From positions 1-28,272 of IMG/VR virus record IMGVR_UViG_3300030330_004252: a DNA stretch of 28,272 nt; one strand, 5' to 3'. The translations under genes and the position numbers were made by a program. Every line of letters begins with the position of its first letter. Position 1 is the stretch's first letter. This DNA comes from a virus. Taxonomy: Duplodnaviria; Caudoviricetes. Below, one piece after another: positions 16,888 to 25,637 of the stretch. The notes beneath the pieces are model-generated. The model searched no databases. It had not been told where the DNA came from and saw nothing but the letters and a program-made list of their open reading frames with translations.

Positions 16888-19800
16888 TATGCAGCTCCTT
16901 TAAGTTCTTGTATTTCGTTTTGTAACACTTGTATTTGTTCTTGTTGTTCTTGTATAGCTTTCACTAAATTAGGAACTAAAGGTGCATAATCTAGCATCCA
17001 TTTTTCTGAATCTGAGCCAACTGTCACACCTCTTGCATATTCTCCTATATCATCAAATGCTTGTTTGTATGCTTGAGCAGAAAAACCACATCCATCAGTC
17101 ACACCTGTTTCTTCTCTTGTATATTTAATTGGCTCTAGTTTTGAAATTAAATTAAGTCCACTTGCTTCACCAGTAATTGTTTTATATCTTTCATCTGATT
17201 CTACTGCCAATGTCATTGCATCACCTGAGTTGTCATAGTCTATTTTTCCTAAACTATCGTTGTTGTTTTTCTTATAAAATCTAATAAATCTGTAAAAAGA
17301 TGCGTCACCAGTATCAGAGTCTAAAGCTAAAACTGCATCATCATTACTACCAGTTTTCTTGACATTTAATGCTTCATTTTCAAATGTGCTACCACTTCCA
17401 ATACGTACTAATTCACTTGTATTTATGACACCATCTGATTCAATAGCAAATCTTAAATTTTGACCATTAGTGTAGAAGTCTATAGAGCCAGTATCTGTTC
17501 TAAATGAAAAGTCATTAGCACTACCGCCAGATTTAAGAGCATTACCACCAGCAATAAAACCATAGTTTGTTGAGCCATCAGTCAAAGATATACCTGTATG
17601 CCCTGTTCCTGCTGTCAACGCTAAAGTATTACCATTCCATGTAGCATTTGCTTCCGCTTCTAGCGTACCAGCTGTGCCGCTGCCAGTTATTAATCTATTA
17701 TCTGCATTATTATTAATTGTTGTTCCTCCGCCGCTCACTACTAAATCAATTGTTCCGTCTGAGTCTTGATATGTAGCTGTAATGTCAGTTTCAGTATTGC
17801 CAGTAAACATAGCGCCAACTGTATCTTGTATAACTTCAGTTAAGTCAATATTAGCTGTACCGTCAAAAGACACTCCGTGTATTGTTCTAGCGGTCTCAAG
17901 AGCTGTAGCTGTTGCTGCGTTACCAGTTGTGTCTTGATTTAATGTAGCAACTACTAAATCTATTGTTCCATCACTATCTTCATACGTTGCACTTATGCCA
18001 GTTTCTGTATTTGAGCTAAACATACCGCCTACAACATCTTGTATTGCTTCTGTTAAATCTATATTTGCTGTTCCATCAAAACTAACGCCTTGTATTGTTC
18101 TGGCAGTCTCTAATGCGGTTGCAGTACCTGCATTTCCTGTAGTATCTTGATTTAATGTTGCTACGACTAAGTCAATAGTCCCATCGGCGTCCTGATATGT
18201 AGCTGTAATACCTGTTTCTGTATTAGAGCTAAACATTGCACCGACAATATCTTGTATTTCTTCCGATGTTTGGTCTGCTGTTGCTCCTGCTTCAATAGCA
18301 TTTAGTTTTGACAATAAAGCATCAGTGAAAGCATTTGTATCACTATTGTTTTCATATGCTGTTTTAATTTCACTATCACTTTGGTCTGCTGTCGCGCTTG
18401 CCTCTATTCCGTTTAACTTAGATAAAAGAGCGTCTGTAAATGCGTTAGTGTCGCTATTAGCTTCATATGCTGTTTTGATTTCCGAGTTACTTTGGTCTGC
18501 TGTTGCATTTGATTCTATGCCGTCAAGTTTATTTTTAAGAGTTGTTGTAAAATCATTTGCAGTTTGTGCAGCTACTGCTAAATCAATAGTTCCATCACTA
18601 TCTTCATATGTAGCTGTAATTCCTGTCTCCGTATTACTAGAGAACATTGCACCTACTGTGTCTTGTATGACTTCAGTTAAATCTATATTTGACGTACCGT
18701 CAAAAGAAACACCGTGAATAGTTCTTGCTGTTTCTAAAGCTGTTGCCGTAGCAGCATTTCCTGTAGTATCTTGGTTAAGTGTTGATACAACTAAGTCGAT
18801 AGTACCGTCACTGTCTTGATATGTAACAACAATATTTGTTTCTGTATTGCTACTAAACATAGCACCTACTGTGTCTTGTATAACTTCTGTCAAGTCTATG
18901 TTTGCAGTTCCGTCAAAGCTTACTCCATGAATAGTACGTGCAGTTTCTAAAGCAGTAGCAGTAGCTGCATTTCCAGAATAACTTGCATTTATACCTAAAT
19001 TAGTTAATGCATTTGTTTTTTGCGTACTAGTTAATGACTGATTACTTACATCAATTCTTAATCTATTTCCTAAGCTTGTATTAATTGTTGTTGCAAAGTT
19101 AGCGTCGTCTCCTATTGCTGCTGCTAATTCATTAAGTGTATCTAAGGCCCCAGGTGCACTGTCAACAAGATTAGATATTTGTGTCGTTACAAATGATTGC
19201 GTAGCATAAGAGTTATTTGTTAAATATGTTTCTACACGTGAATCTGTATAATACAGGTTACTACTTCCTTCACTTACAGCGTCAGTGTCAAAACTAATGT
19301 TTGATGTACCGTCAAAGCTTGTACCGTTTATTGTTCTTGCTGTTTCTAATTTTGTAGCTGTCGCTGCATTTCCTGTAGTATTTTGATTAAGAGTTCCTAC
19401 TACTAAATCTATTGTGCCATCACTATCTTGATATGTCGCTGTTATTCCAGTTTCCGTGTTACTACTAAACATAGCTCCTACTATGTCTTGTATTTCTTCT
19501 GAAGTTTGGTCAGCAGTAGCGCCAGATTCTATTGCGTTAAGTTTGCTAAGAAGCGCATCTGTAAATGCATTAGTATCTGAATTATTCTCATATGCAGTCT
19601 TTATCTCAGAGTCGCTCTGGTCGGCTGTAGCACTATTTTCTATAGCATTAAGTTTACTTAATAATGCATCAGTAAACGCATTTGTGTCTGCGTTATTTTC
19701 ATACGCAGTTTTTATTTCTGAGTCTGTTTGGTCAGCAGTTGCACTAGCTTCTATTGCATTTAATTTAGTGTGGTCTGCGTCAGTAAAAACATTACTATCA

Positions 19801-20576
19801 GTTGCGCTTTCTACTAGTGTTCGTATCTCTGCTGCTGTTTGGTCAGCAGTTGCATTTTCTTCAATAGCGTTTAGTTTTGTTTGTAAAGCATTTGTAAAGT
19901 TATTATCTGTTTGCGAAGCAACAACAAAGTCAAGCGTGCCATCTCCGTCTTCGTAAGTTACAGTGATTCCTGTTTCTGTATTGCTTGACATCATTGCGCC
20001 AACAACGTCTTGTACACGTTCAGATGTATGATAAAGATTACTGCTACCTTCTGTTATTTCGTCTGTATTATCTTTTGTTTGTATTTGCGCAGCAATATAT
20101 GCTTTTACTGATTGTTGCGACGGCGCACGAGTTGCAGAATCTGTAGCAAAACTATCTTCATCAATTATATTATTTGCAATTCTAGCGTCAGCTTTTGTAT
20201 CTGTATAATATTGATTAGTTCCTTCTGATAAGTTTGTAGTTGTAATATCATGTACATTTCCTGCAGCATTTAATAAAACAGCTTTTGTAGCAGGTTGTGT
20301 AATAAATACGTCTTTACTTCCTGCAGAAAAGTTAACTGCACTATTGCTATTACTACTACTAATAACTGTTGTTCTAGCCAATGTTGTTGAGTTTGATAGT
20401 GTACCTAAACCTACTTCAAACTCGCCTGTACCGACTATTGCGTAATAGCATGTATCATTTGTACTTAATACAGAGGAAAAACTACGAAAACCTGTAACAG
20501 CACCAGCTAGACTTATGCTGCCTGTTCCTGTTGTTGTTGTAGTTTCTTTTACTCTATCTCTTACTTTTAATGCCAT
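16887..20576 (-). CDS. Long repeat-rich fibre protein with C-terminal intramolecular chaperone (peptidase S74-like)
   Basis: N-terminal DRVKETTTTTGTG; APGALDTLNELAAAIGDDANFATT fibre motif; C-terminal SDERYK...GFSAQ...LDYAPLVPNLVKAIQEQ. Start set to ATG 20576 (TAATG overlap). Confidence 0.85.
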   Translation of the reverse strand: MALKVRDRVKETTTTTGTGSISLAGAVTGFRSFSSVLSTNDTCYYAIVGTGEFEVGLGTLSNSTTLARTTVISSSNSNSAVNFSAGSKDVFITQPATKAVLLNAAGNVHDITTTNLSEGTNQYYTDTKADARIANNIIDEDSFATDSATRAPSQQSVKAYIAAQIQTKDNTDEITEGSSNLYHTSERVQDVVGAMMSSNTETGITVTYEDGDGTLDFVVASQTDNNFTNALQTKLNAIEENATADQTAAEIRTLVESATDSNVFTDADHTKLNAIEASATADQTDSEIKTAYENNADTNAFTDALLSKLNAIENSATADQSDSEIKTAYENNSDTNAFTDALLSKLNAIESGATADQTSEEIQDIVGAMFSSNTETGITATYQDSDGTIDLVVGTLNQNTTGNAATATKLETARTINGTSFDGTSNISFDTDAVSEGSSNLYYTDSRVETYLTNNSYATQSFVTTQISNLVDSAPGALDTLNELAAAIGDDANFATTINTSLGNRLRIDVSNQSLTSTQKTNALTNLGINASYSGNAATATALETARTIHGVSFDGTANIDLTEVIQDTVGAMFSSNTETNIVVTYQDSDGTIDLVVSTLNQDTTGNAATATALETARTIHGVSFDGTSNIDLTEVIQDTVGAMFSSNTETGITATYEDSDGTIDLAVAAQTANDFTTTLKNKLDGIESNATADQSNSEIKTAYEANSDTNAFTDALLSKLNGIEASATADQSDSEIKTAYENNSDTNAFTDALLSKLNAIEAGATADQTSEEIQDIVGAMFSSNTETGITATYQDADGTIDLVVATLNQDTTGNAGTATALETARTIQGVSFDGTANIDLTEAIQDVVGGMFSSNTETGISATYEDSDGTIDLVVATLNQDTTGNAATATALETARTIHGVSFDGTANIDLTEVIQDTVGAMFTGNTETDITATYQDSDGTIDLVVSGGGTTINNNADNRLITGSGTAGTLEAEANATWNGNTLALTAGTGHTGISLTDGSTNYGFIAGGNALKSGGSANDFSFRTDTGSIDFYTNGQNLRFAIESDGVINTSELVRIGSGSTFENEALNVKKTGSNDDAVLALDSDTGDASFYRFIRFYKKNNNDSLGKIDYDNSGDAMTLAVESDERYKTITGEASGLNLISKLEPIKYTREETGVTDGCGFSAQAYKQAFDDIGEYARGVTVGSDSEKWMLDYAPLVPNLVKAIQEQQEQIQVLQNEIQELKGAA
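17735..20235 (-). repeat. Interleaved protein-level repeats inside the fibre gene
   Basis: KLNAIE..ATADQ..EIKTAYE..DTNAFTDALLS (5 full, 2 partial); QD.VGAMFSSNTETGI..TY.D.DGTIDLVV (7); GNAATATALETARTI.G.SFDGT.NI (5); T...SEG..N.YYT (3). Confidence 0.9.
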
Positions 20577-21007
20577 TAATTTAATGTTCCTTCTCTGTGA
20601 TGATAACAAACAACAAATGTTAATATTGCCGTTGCGATATTTTTATCACCTTCACTATTATAATTTAAAATTTGTGATTCAAGATAACTGTCTTTAGCTA
20701 AATTGTTCAATGTTGTGTCAGAAGCTAGCTTTTCTTTTATATCTTTTAACAATGGCTCTATTTCGCTTGTAAAATTTTCTGCTTTGACATAAACCTCTAT
20801 ATTAAGCTCAAGGTTTTTTTCTACTGTTCTTGGCGGGCTAATTGTAATAACTTCGCTTGTTTCTTCTTGTGTATATACGCACGCACATGGCAAATTGCTT
20901 TCTTCTAAAGTATAAATACGGCTTGCAAATACTTTACTATTCAGGCTTGAAACTTCGTTTAATAATGTTACGACTCTGCTTCTAATGTTTTGTCTTATAT
21001 GTGCCAT
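20576..21007 (-). CDS. Tail terminator-like protein, paralogue 1
   Basis: MAHIRQNIR, VFASRIY...LPCACVY, IEVYVK, NLAKDS, SEG, YHHREG. Confidence 0.75.
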   Translation of the reverse strand: MAHIRQNIRSRVVTLLNEVSSLNSKVFASRIYTLEESNLPCACVYTQEETSEVITISPPRTVEKNLELNIEVYVKAENFTSEIEPLLKDIKEKLASDTTLNNLAKDSYLESQILNYNSEGDKNIATAILTFVVCYHHREGTLN

Positions 21008-21162
21008 TATCGTCCTTGTCCTCTATATTTTTTTTTATTAAGTCTTTTTTTATTTTTATTCATTGTACTAGTACCTACATTTCTTCTGCCAATACTTGTT
21101 TTTTTTCCTCTAACTCCTGCGGCAGGCTCATAAGGTATACTAACACTATATCTTTTTGCCAC
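21007..21162 (-). CDS. Small highly basic protein, 51 aa, ending KKKYRGQGR
   Basis: Not in ORF track. GTG start overlaps the holin stop (TAGTG); stop overlaps the next ATG (TAATG). Confidence 0.75.
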   Translation of the reverse strand: MAKRYSVSIPYEPAAGVRGKKTSIGRRNVGTSTMNKNKKRLNKKKYRGQGR

Positions 21163-21548
21163 TACTTCTCTCGACTAACTTTATTTATTTTTTCATATGT
21201 ACGCATTCCCCCTAGTCCTAGCATGCCTAACAAAATAGTCATTAAACTACTCATATCAAACTCTGGAAGATTGTATTCAACGCCTGCGAGAGATAACGCA
21301 AAAACGATAATGGGCTGAAGAATATAGTGGTACGCCAATGCAAACGACAAAATCCAGCCCAATGCAGGACGCCAGCCCGCGACAAATAATGATTTATGTG
21401 CTGCCTCAACTTTGTTAACTTGTATTTGCAAAGCATTTGCATTTTGTATTTCTCTTTCAATTTCATATCTAAGTTTTAGTTTTAAATCTTTATCAGGCAC
21501 AAACTTGTCGAGAATATTTGACAATGGGTCTATAAGCTTATCTAACAT
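21162..21548 (-). CDS. Holin, GTA 3TM family (DUF3154-like)
   Basis: LFVAGWRPALGW, LPEFDM and GMLGLGGMRTYEK motifs. Confidence 0.85.
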   Translation of the reverse strand: MLDKLIDPLSNILDKFVPDKDLKLKLRYEIEREIQNANALQIQVNKVEAAHKSLFVAGWRPALGWILSFALAYHYILQPIIVFALSLAGVEYNLPEFDMSSLMTILLGMLGLGGMRTYEKINKVSREK

Positions 21549-21778
21549 AACTTTTCGTTGTCCTCCAAATCGTAGTGGCTATAAACTGAGTTTAACATAT
21601 CTTTTGGAATAAATATGTCTAAACGTACGCATATTTTTCCACATAATATATCTTCAAATGCTTTGCTAAAAAGCATTTCATACTTTTCTATCGACAATGT
21701 TTTTTGTGCAAGTTTGTGTCGCATTTCACAATCATAAAGCCACGCTTCTGCTATCTGGCTTGACGAGTATAAAATCAT
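21542..21778 (-). CDS. Hypothetical protein
   Basis: ATGA-coupled to the upstream gene; fills the operon gap; no family recognised. Confidence 0.6.
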   Translation of the reverse strand: MILYSSSQIAEAWLYDCEMRHKLAQKTLSIEKYEMLFSKAFEDILCGKICVRLDIFIPKDMLNSVYSHYDLEDNEKLC

Positions 21779-22080
21779 TGTTTCTGTAATATAAGTTCTG
21801 TTATTCCTTCGTTATCGGGTTGTATGTTTTTTATATTATAAGTGACGCTGTCAATAGTAATGCTGTCATCTGTATCTAAGTTTGCAATATCACTCGAACG
21901 ACATGTTGCAATTGGCTGTGTGCCGTCTATGTTTACACTTTCGCCTGGTATTTCAAAGTATTCGTTATTAAGTATTACTTTTATAGATGAGCTCGTGCCA
22001 TTAATACTAACAGTTGCATTTTTGCCATGCGTTTCTGTATCGAAAAAGTTCTCTAAATCTTGTGCCGATTCTAATGCCAT
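21775..22080 (-). CDS. Head closure/head-tail joining protein
   Basis: FFDTE.HG, P...CRSSD, D.ITID..TY.I..IQPD.EG.TEL.L pattern; position after capsid. Confidence 0.8.
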   Translation of the reverse strand: MALESAQDLENFFDTETHGKNATVSINGTSSSIKVILNNEYFEIPGESVNIDGTQPIATCRSSDIANLDTDDSITIDSVTYNIKNIQPDNEGITELILQKQ

Positions 22081-22259
22081 TATCTTGCCTTAAAATCAGT
22101 TATTTGTTTATTTTGCTTTTTTTTTTCGTCTTTTTTGTTATGCTCTTCGCAGCCTAGATTTTTTAGTGCTTGTGCTTCTTCTGCATTGCACTCAATAATA
22201 TCTCCTGCCTTATACATGCAATTATTGTAAAAAACGTTTCTTGTTGCACAAAGTTTCAT
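22080..22259 (-). CDS. Small post-capsid protein, 59 aa (Y.AGD.IE....A..L...G type)
   Basis: Not in ORF track. MKLCATRNVFYNNCMYKAGDIIECNAEEAQALKNLG...DFKAR; ATGA and TAATG coupling. Confidence 0.7.
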   Translation of the reverse strand: MKLCATRNVFYNNCMYKAGDIIECNAEEAQALKNLGCEEHNKKDEKKKQNKQITDFKAR

Positions 22260-22423
22260 TTCTTTTCCTTTTTACTTTTTTTTGGTTTATAAATATTTCC
22301 GTAATACATTTTATCCCATTCGTCTGCATCTTTACTAGGTATTTCTATTACATCTCCCGAGTCATACCTTTGCCCGCCGTAATAGGCTGTTTGATTAAAT
22401 ACAAATTTAACTTTATCGTTCAT
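22256..22423 (-). CDS. Small post-capsid protein (Y.SGDVIE....A type), paralogue-like of the adjacent gene
   Basis: MNDKVKFVFNQTAYYGGQRYDSGDVIEIPSKDA..., basic tail; start set to ATG 22423. Confidence 0.7.
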   Translation of the reverse strand: MNDKVKFVFNQTAYYGGQRYDSGDVIEIPSKDADEWDKMYYGNIYKPKKSKKEKK

Positions 22424-22487
22424 AAATAAATTATACAGCAATGTGTGAAATATTAACTGTTAATAAATATTAAATAAATATGTACTT

Positions 22488-22517
22488 TTGTAAAAATGTA
22501 TTGTCTAATGTTATAGT
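22488..22517 (+). promoter_or_regulatory. Candidate sigma70-like promoter antisense to the late operon
   Basis: TTGTAA (22488-22493), 18 nt, TATAGT (22512-22517) with extended -10 TG. Confidence 0.35.
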
Positions 22518-22564
22518 CTATATTTGTATACGACTACAGATATAAAGACTCCTTTTGTATTGAC

Positions 22565-22591
22565 GCTGGCCCTTCGGGGCCAGTTTCTTTT
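22565..22591 (+). terminator. Terminator-like hairpin with UUCG tetraloop
   Basis: GCTGGCCC-TTCG-GGGCCAGT followed by TTCTTTT. Confidence 0.7.
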
Positions 22592-22595
22592 AGCT

Positions 22596-22643
22596 AGCTG
22601 TCTCTCCTCCGTTTTACTCATGTTTGAGAGGCAGCTTTTTTTT
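22596..22643 (+). terminator. Second terminator-like hairpin with 19-nt loop
   Basis: AGCTGTCTCTC/GAGAGGCAGCT 11-bp stem (one U-G pair) followed by T8. Confidence 0.5.
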
Positions 22644-22681
22644 AAATAATTTAATAAAGTAAGACTCAGAAAAGTCATAAG

Positions 22682-22707
22682 AAAAAGGCCTCGATTAAGA
22701 GGCCTTT
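22682..22707 (-). terminator. Rho-independent terminator after the capsid gene
   Basis: AAAGGCCTC-GATTAA-GAGGCCTTT perfect stem about 20 nt after the capsid stop; U-tract on minus strand. Confidence 0.8.
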
Positions 22708-22727
22708 ATTCATTAAGAGAATAGTTA

Positions 22728-25637
22728 TTATGTAGTAACTATGTCTTTACATACTGAGAACGCATTCTCATCTCTTATTGCAATGTCCATATCCTGGAAG
22801 AAAGCAAGTCTTGTTGTACCTGCTGAGCTGCCTGTATATGGGTCAACTACTACGTCCACTCCTGAATAATATCCAATGAGTAATTGTGAGAAGTCACCAA
22901 ACAAAAGAGCAGACAGGTTTGAACCTGAGCCTTTTGATAAGTCACTAGGCACTAATGAAGATGACATATAATTGAATCCTAGCATTTGATTGTTAGGTTC
23001 AAGAATAAAGTTACCTTCAACACCGCTTGACTGTTTTGATGTTGTTCTAAGTTTAGCAGTTACTTTTGCGTTTCCTATGAAGTTGACACTACCATCATTT
23101 CTGATTGCATTATCTTCGTCTACTAATTTAACTAAATCAACGACATTTGCATAGGATAAAGCACCACCGTTAGTTCCGATAGATACAACATTATTTGACA
23201 TTAAGCCTATTAGGCCTGTTGGCTCGTTAGAACCTCCGCCTTCAAGTGCAACACCGTCAATCTTTCTTGCGAAAGAATTAATAACGTCGTCTCTTACAAT
23301 CTGCTCAATAGATGGGTCGGATTGTAGCATTAGTTTTCTACTTAAGTCAATATGACAAGCTAGTGTCTTTGGAGACATTGTAACTTGTGCAAAAGTTTGA
23401 CTAGATTCACTAGGAGCTGCATTTTCAGCAACGAATGAAGCATTATTTACAGAAGCAGAAAGCTTAGGTATAGCAACGTCGCCTTTAAGTCCTTGTAAGA
23501 CTCTAGCGCCAGCTTCTCCTACAACTAGCTTTGCATATACAGCTTCTATAAATTCATTTCCTAAATGGTCTGTACCTTTTAAGAAACCGCCAGCATTATT
23601 TGTTCCTACAGTTAAATCCCTTTTGCCAAAATTAATATTTGTTGGCATATAGAATCCTCTTGCAGCTTTTCCAGTTTTGTGCGCAATTTCATCTGACATT
23701 TCTTTTTCAAGACCTGACAATGTGTTGCTTGCACTTTCTCTAATAGCTTTGATAAGAGAATATTCTCTCTTGTCTTCGCTCTTCATGTCGACATCAGACG
23801 GTAAGTCTAATGGCTTATCGGTTGCAATGCTCTCTAGAAGTTTGTTTTTGAATTGAGCTAAATTTAAGCCTTCTCTAATAGCTTCATGTGCTAAATCTCT
23901 TTTATTGTGCTGTGCACCGAGTTCTAACATTTCGCTGTTTTCTCTAGCTAAGTTTTTTCTCATTTCTTCTTTACTAACTTCAGGAGCAATATTTTTATTA
24001 TTTTCCATATTTTTCCTTGTTTTAGATGGGGTTAATTCTATTTTTGTATCTTTAGAACGGGCAAAACCTACTAACTTTGACTGGTCAGCGGGAATGCTTA
24101 CTGCAGATACCTCGAGCGGAGTCCAAGAATTGACTCTGTAGACGGGTACGCCGTCCTCCTCTTCGTCCTCTCTTTTCATACTATTGACTTGGTAGCCAAC
24201 AGATATGTTCTGCCTGATGCCGTCCCTCACATCACGGAATATTTCATCAGCTTGTTCGTTTTTACTGAATCTTACTTTTGCAACTGTTCTTTTATTATCT
24301 TTATCAATACCAAACTCTTCAACAACTCCAATTTGTTTTGTTGCGTCGTGGTCTAACAATAATGGACTTCTGCCTGATTGCATGAACTCCATATCAATTT
24401 CTTCGTCCTCGTGTCCTAGTACTTCTAAACCAAAGTTTCTTTCTACAGGTAATTCACTAGAAACTCCTATACTAACTGTTCTTTTATCTTCGTCAATTTT
24501 ATTTCTATCAAACTCAAATTCTCTTTCATGTTTTTCATTTGCAAAATGTTCTACTGCTTCTCTATTTTCGTTTGTTTGAGCATTTCTAATTGGTTGTATT
24601 TTTGTAAGCGCACTAAATTTATGTCCTGCATAATCGTCGCTTTGTTCTCCGCCTCTATAAACTCTAATTAGTGCTGCTGGGTCGTCTTCTTCGCCATTAA
24701 TTTCAAAATCAGTACCAGGTACTTTTATTGCACCGTCTCTACTAATTCTTGTAATTCTTCCTTTTGCTCTTCCGCCGCCTGCTCTCCAGCTGACAAAGTC
24801 ACCTACTTCTAAAGCGTCTGGCCCTGCTCTTTCTTCTTCTTCTTCTTTATAGCCTTTTTCTTCTTCGTCATAATGATATGGTCTTTTTTCTTCTTCTTCT
24901 TCGTGATAAGGTTTGTGAGGTCTATCTTCCTCCATTTGTCTTGTTAAAATTTTGCCACCCATACCCTTGTGATTTACGCAATAGTAGTAAAGATTAGGTG
25001 TGTCATCATCTACCATTATTTTTATACTTGCACCTTCTTCGCCTGCTTTACCATTAATTTCAACACCTTGCATATATTCTTGACCTTCGTTATGTGAACC
25101 ATCTTCTGTTACTGAGAATCTAAGAGCATGAGTTTTATTTGAGCCATCGCTTATATTAAAAATATATTCATTGCCTGAAAGCATAATTAGACTTGGTGAG
25201 TTTTCACCATCTAAATAAAACTTGTTTCCTTCACCATATTTGTTTTCACCTTCTTTGATAATAACTTCATATTCTATGGTTTCTTGTCTTGTTTCATCGC
25301 TCATGCCTTTTATTCTATCATCATTTTTTAATTTATTAACTATTTTTTTTGACCAACTAAATCCTGCGTCTCCGCCCCACAAAGCCCATGCTATACGTCC
25401 ATTACTAGGATAGCCTTCTTCGCCAGGGCTAAAACCTTCTGCTTGTTTATCAACTTCATGCCTAGAAAAAAAACTGAACATACGTTTTACAGTAGACTCA
25501 CTAAGATTTTGGCCATTAACAATTTGATTTGCTCTTGCTAAACCAATACGCGTACCTCCTCTGCCATGTTCTTTACGCCATGCTAATCCACGTGCTGCTT
25601 CAGCTTTCATGCCTTGATTAGGTTTGTAACTTGCCAT
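22728..25637 (-). CDS. Fused prohead protease-major capsid protein (HK97 fold) with extra N-terminal domains
   Basis: Protease motifs PLLLDHD, NISVGY, WTPLEVSAVSIPAD (~24490-24060); capsid motifs YSLIKAI, GFYMP, A.FVAE, MSPKTL, LLFGDFSQ, VDPY (~24010-22728). Confidence 0.92.
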   Translation of the reverse strand: MASYKPNQGMKAEAARGLAWRKEHGRGGTRIGLARANQIVNGQNLSESTVKRMFSFFSRHEVDKQAEGFSPGEEGYPSNGRIAWALWGGDAGFSWSKKIVNKLKNDDRIKGMSDETRQETIEYEVIIKEGENKYGEGNKFYLDGENSPSLIMLSGNEYIFNISDGSNKTHALRFSVTEDGSHNEGQEYMQGVEINGKAGEEGASIKIMVDDDTPNLYYYCVNHKGMGGKILTRQMEEDRPHKPYHEEEEEKRPYHYDEEEKGYKEEEEERAGPDALEVGDFVSWRAGGGRAKGRITRISRDGAIKVPGTDFEINGEEDDPAALIRVYRGGEQSDDYAGHKFSALTKIQPIRNAQTNENREAVEHFANEKHEREFEFDRNKIDEDKRTVSIGVSSELPVERNFGLEVLGHEDEEIDMEFMQSGRSPLLLDHDATKQIGVVEEFGIDKDNKRTVAKVRFSKNEQADEIFRDVRDGIRQNISVGYQVNSMKREDEEEDGVPVYRVNSWTPLEVSAVSIPADQSKLVGFARSKDTKIELTPSKTRKNMENNKNIAPEVSKEEMRKNLARENSEMLELGAQHNKRDLAHEAIREGLNLAQFKNKLLESIATDKPLDLPSDVDMKSEDKREYSLIKAIRESASNTLSGLEKEMSDEIAHKTGKAARGFYMPTNINFGKRDLTVGTNNAGGFLKGTDHLGNEFIEAVYAKLVVGEAGARVLQGLKGDVAIPKLSASVNNASFVAENAAPSESSQTFAQVTMSPKTLACHIDLSRKLMLQSDPSIEQIVRDDVINSFARKIDGVALEGGGSNEPTGLIGLMSNNVVSIGTNGGALSYANVVDLVKLVDEDNAIRNDGSVNFIGNAKVTAKLRTTSKQSSGVEGNFILEPNNQMLGFNYMSSSLVPSDLSKGSGSNLSALLFGDFSQLLIGYYSGVDVVVDPYTGSSAGTTRLAFFQDMDIAIRDENAFSVCKDIVTT

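Noticed and set aside
17735-20235. Repeats as a CRISPR array or DGR template/variable pair
   Set aside because: They are in-frame protein repeats differing at synonymous sites, with no spacers, no adenine-specific mismatch pattern and no reverse transcriptase or cas gene in the window.
22511-22621. 36-aa minus-strand ORF MSKTEERQLAKRNWPRRASVNTKGVFISVVVYKYRL as a type I toxin opposite the candidate sRNA
   Set aside because: No SD, only a short hydrophobic stretch, and it lies downstream of the capsid terminator; not enough support.
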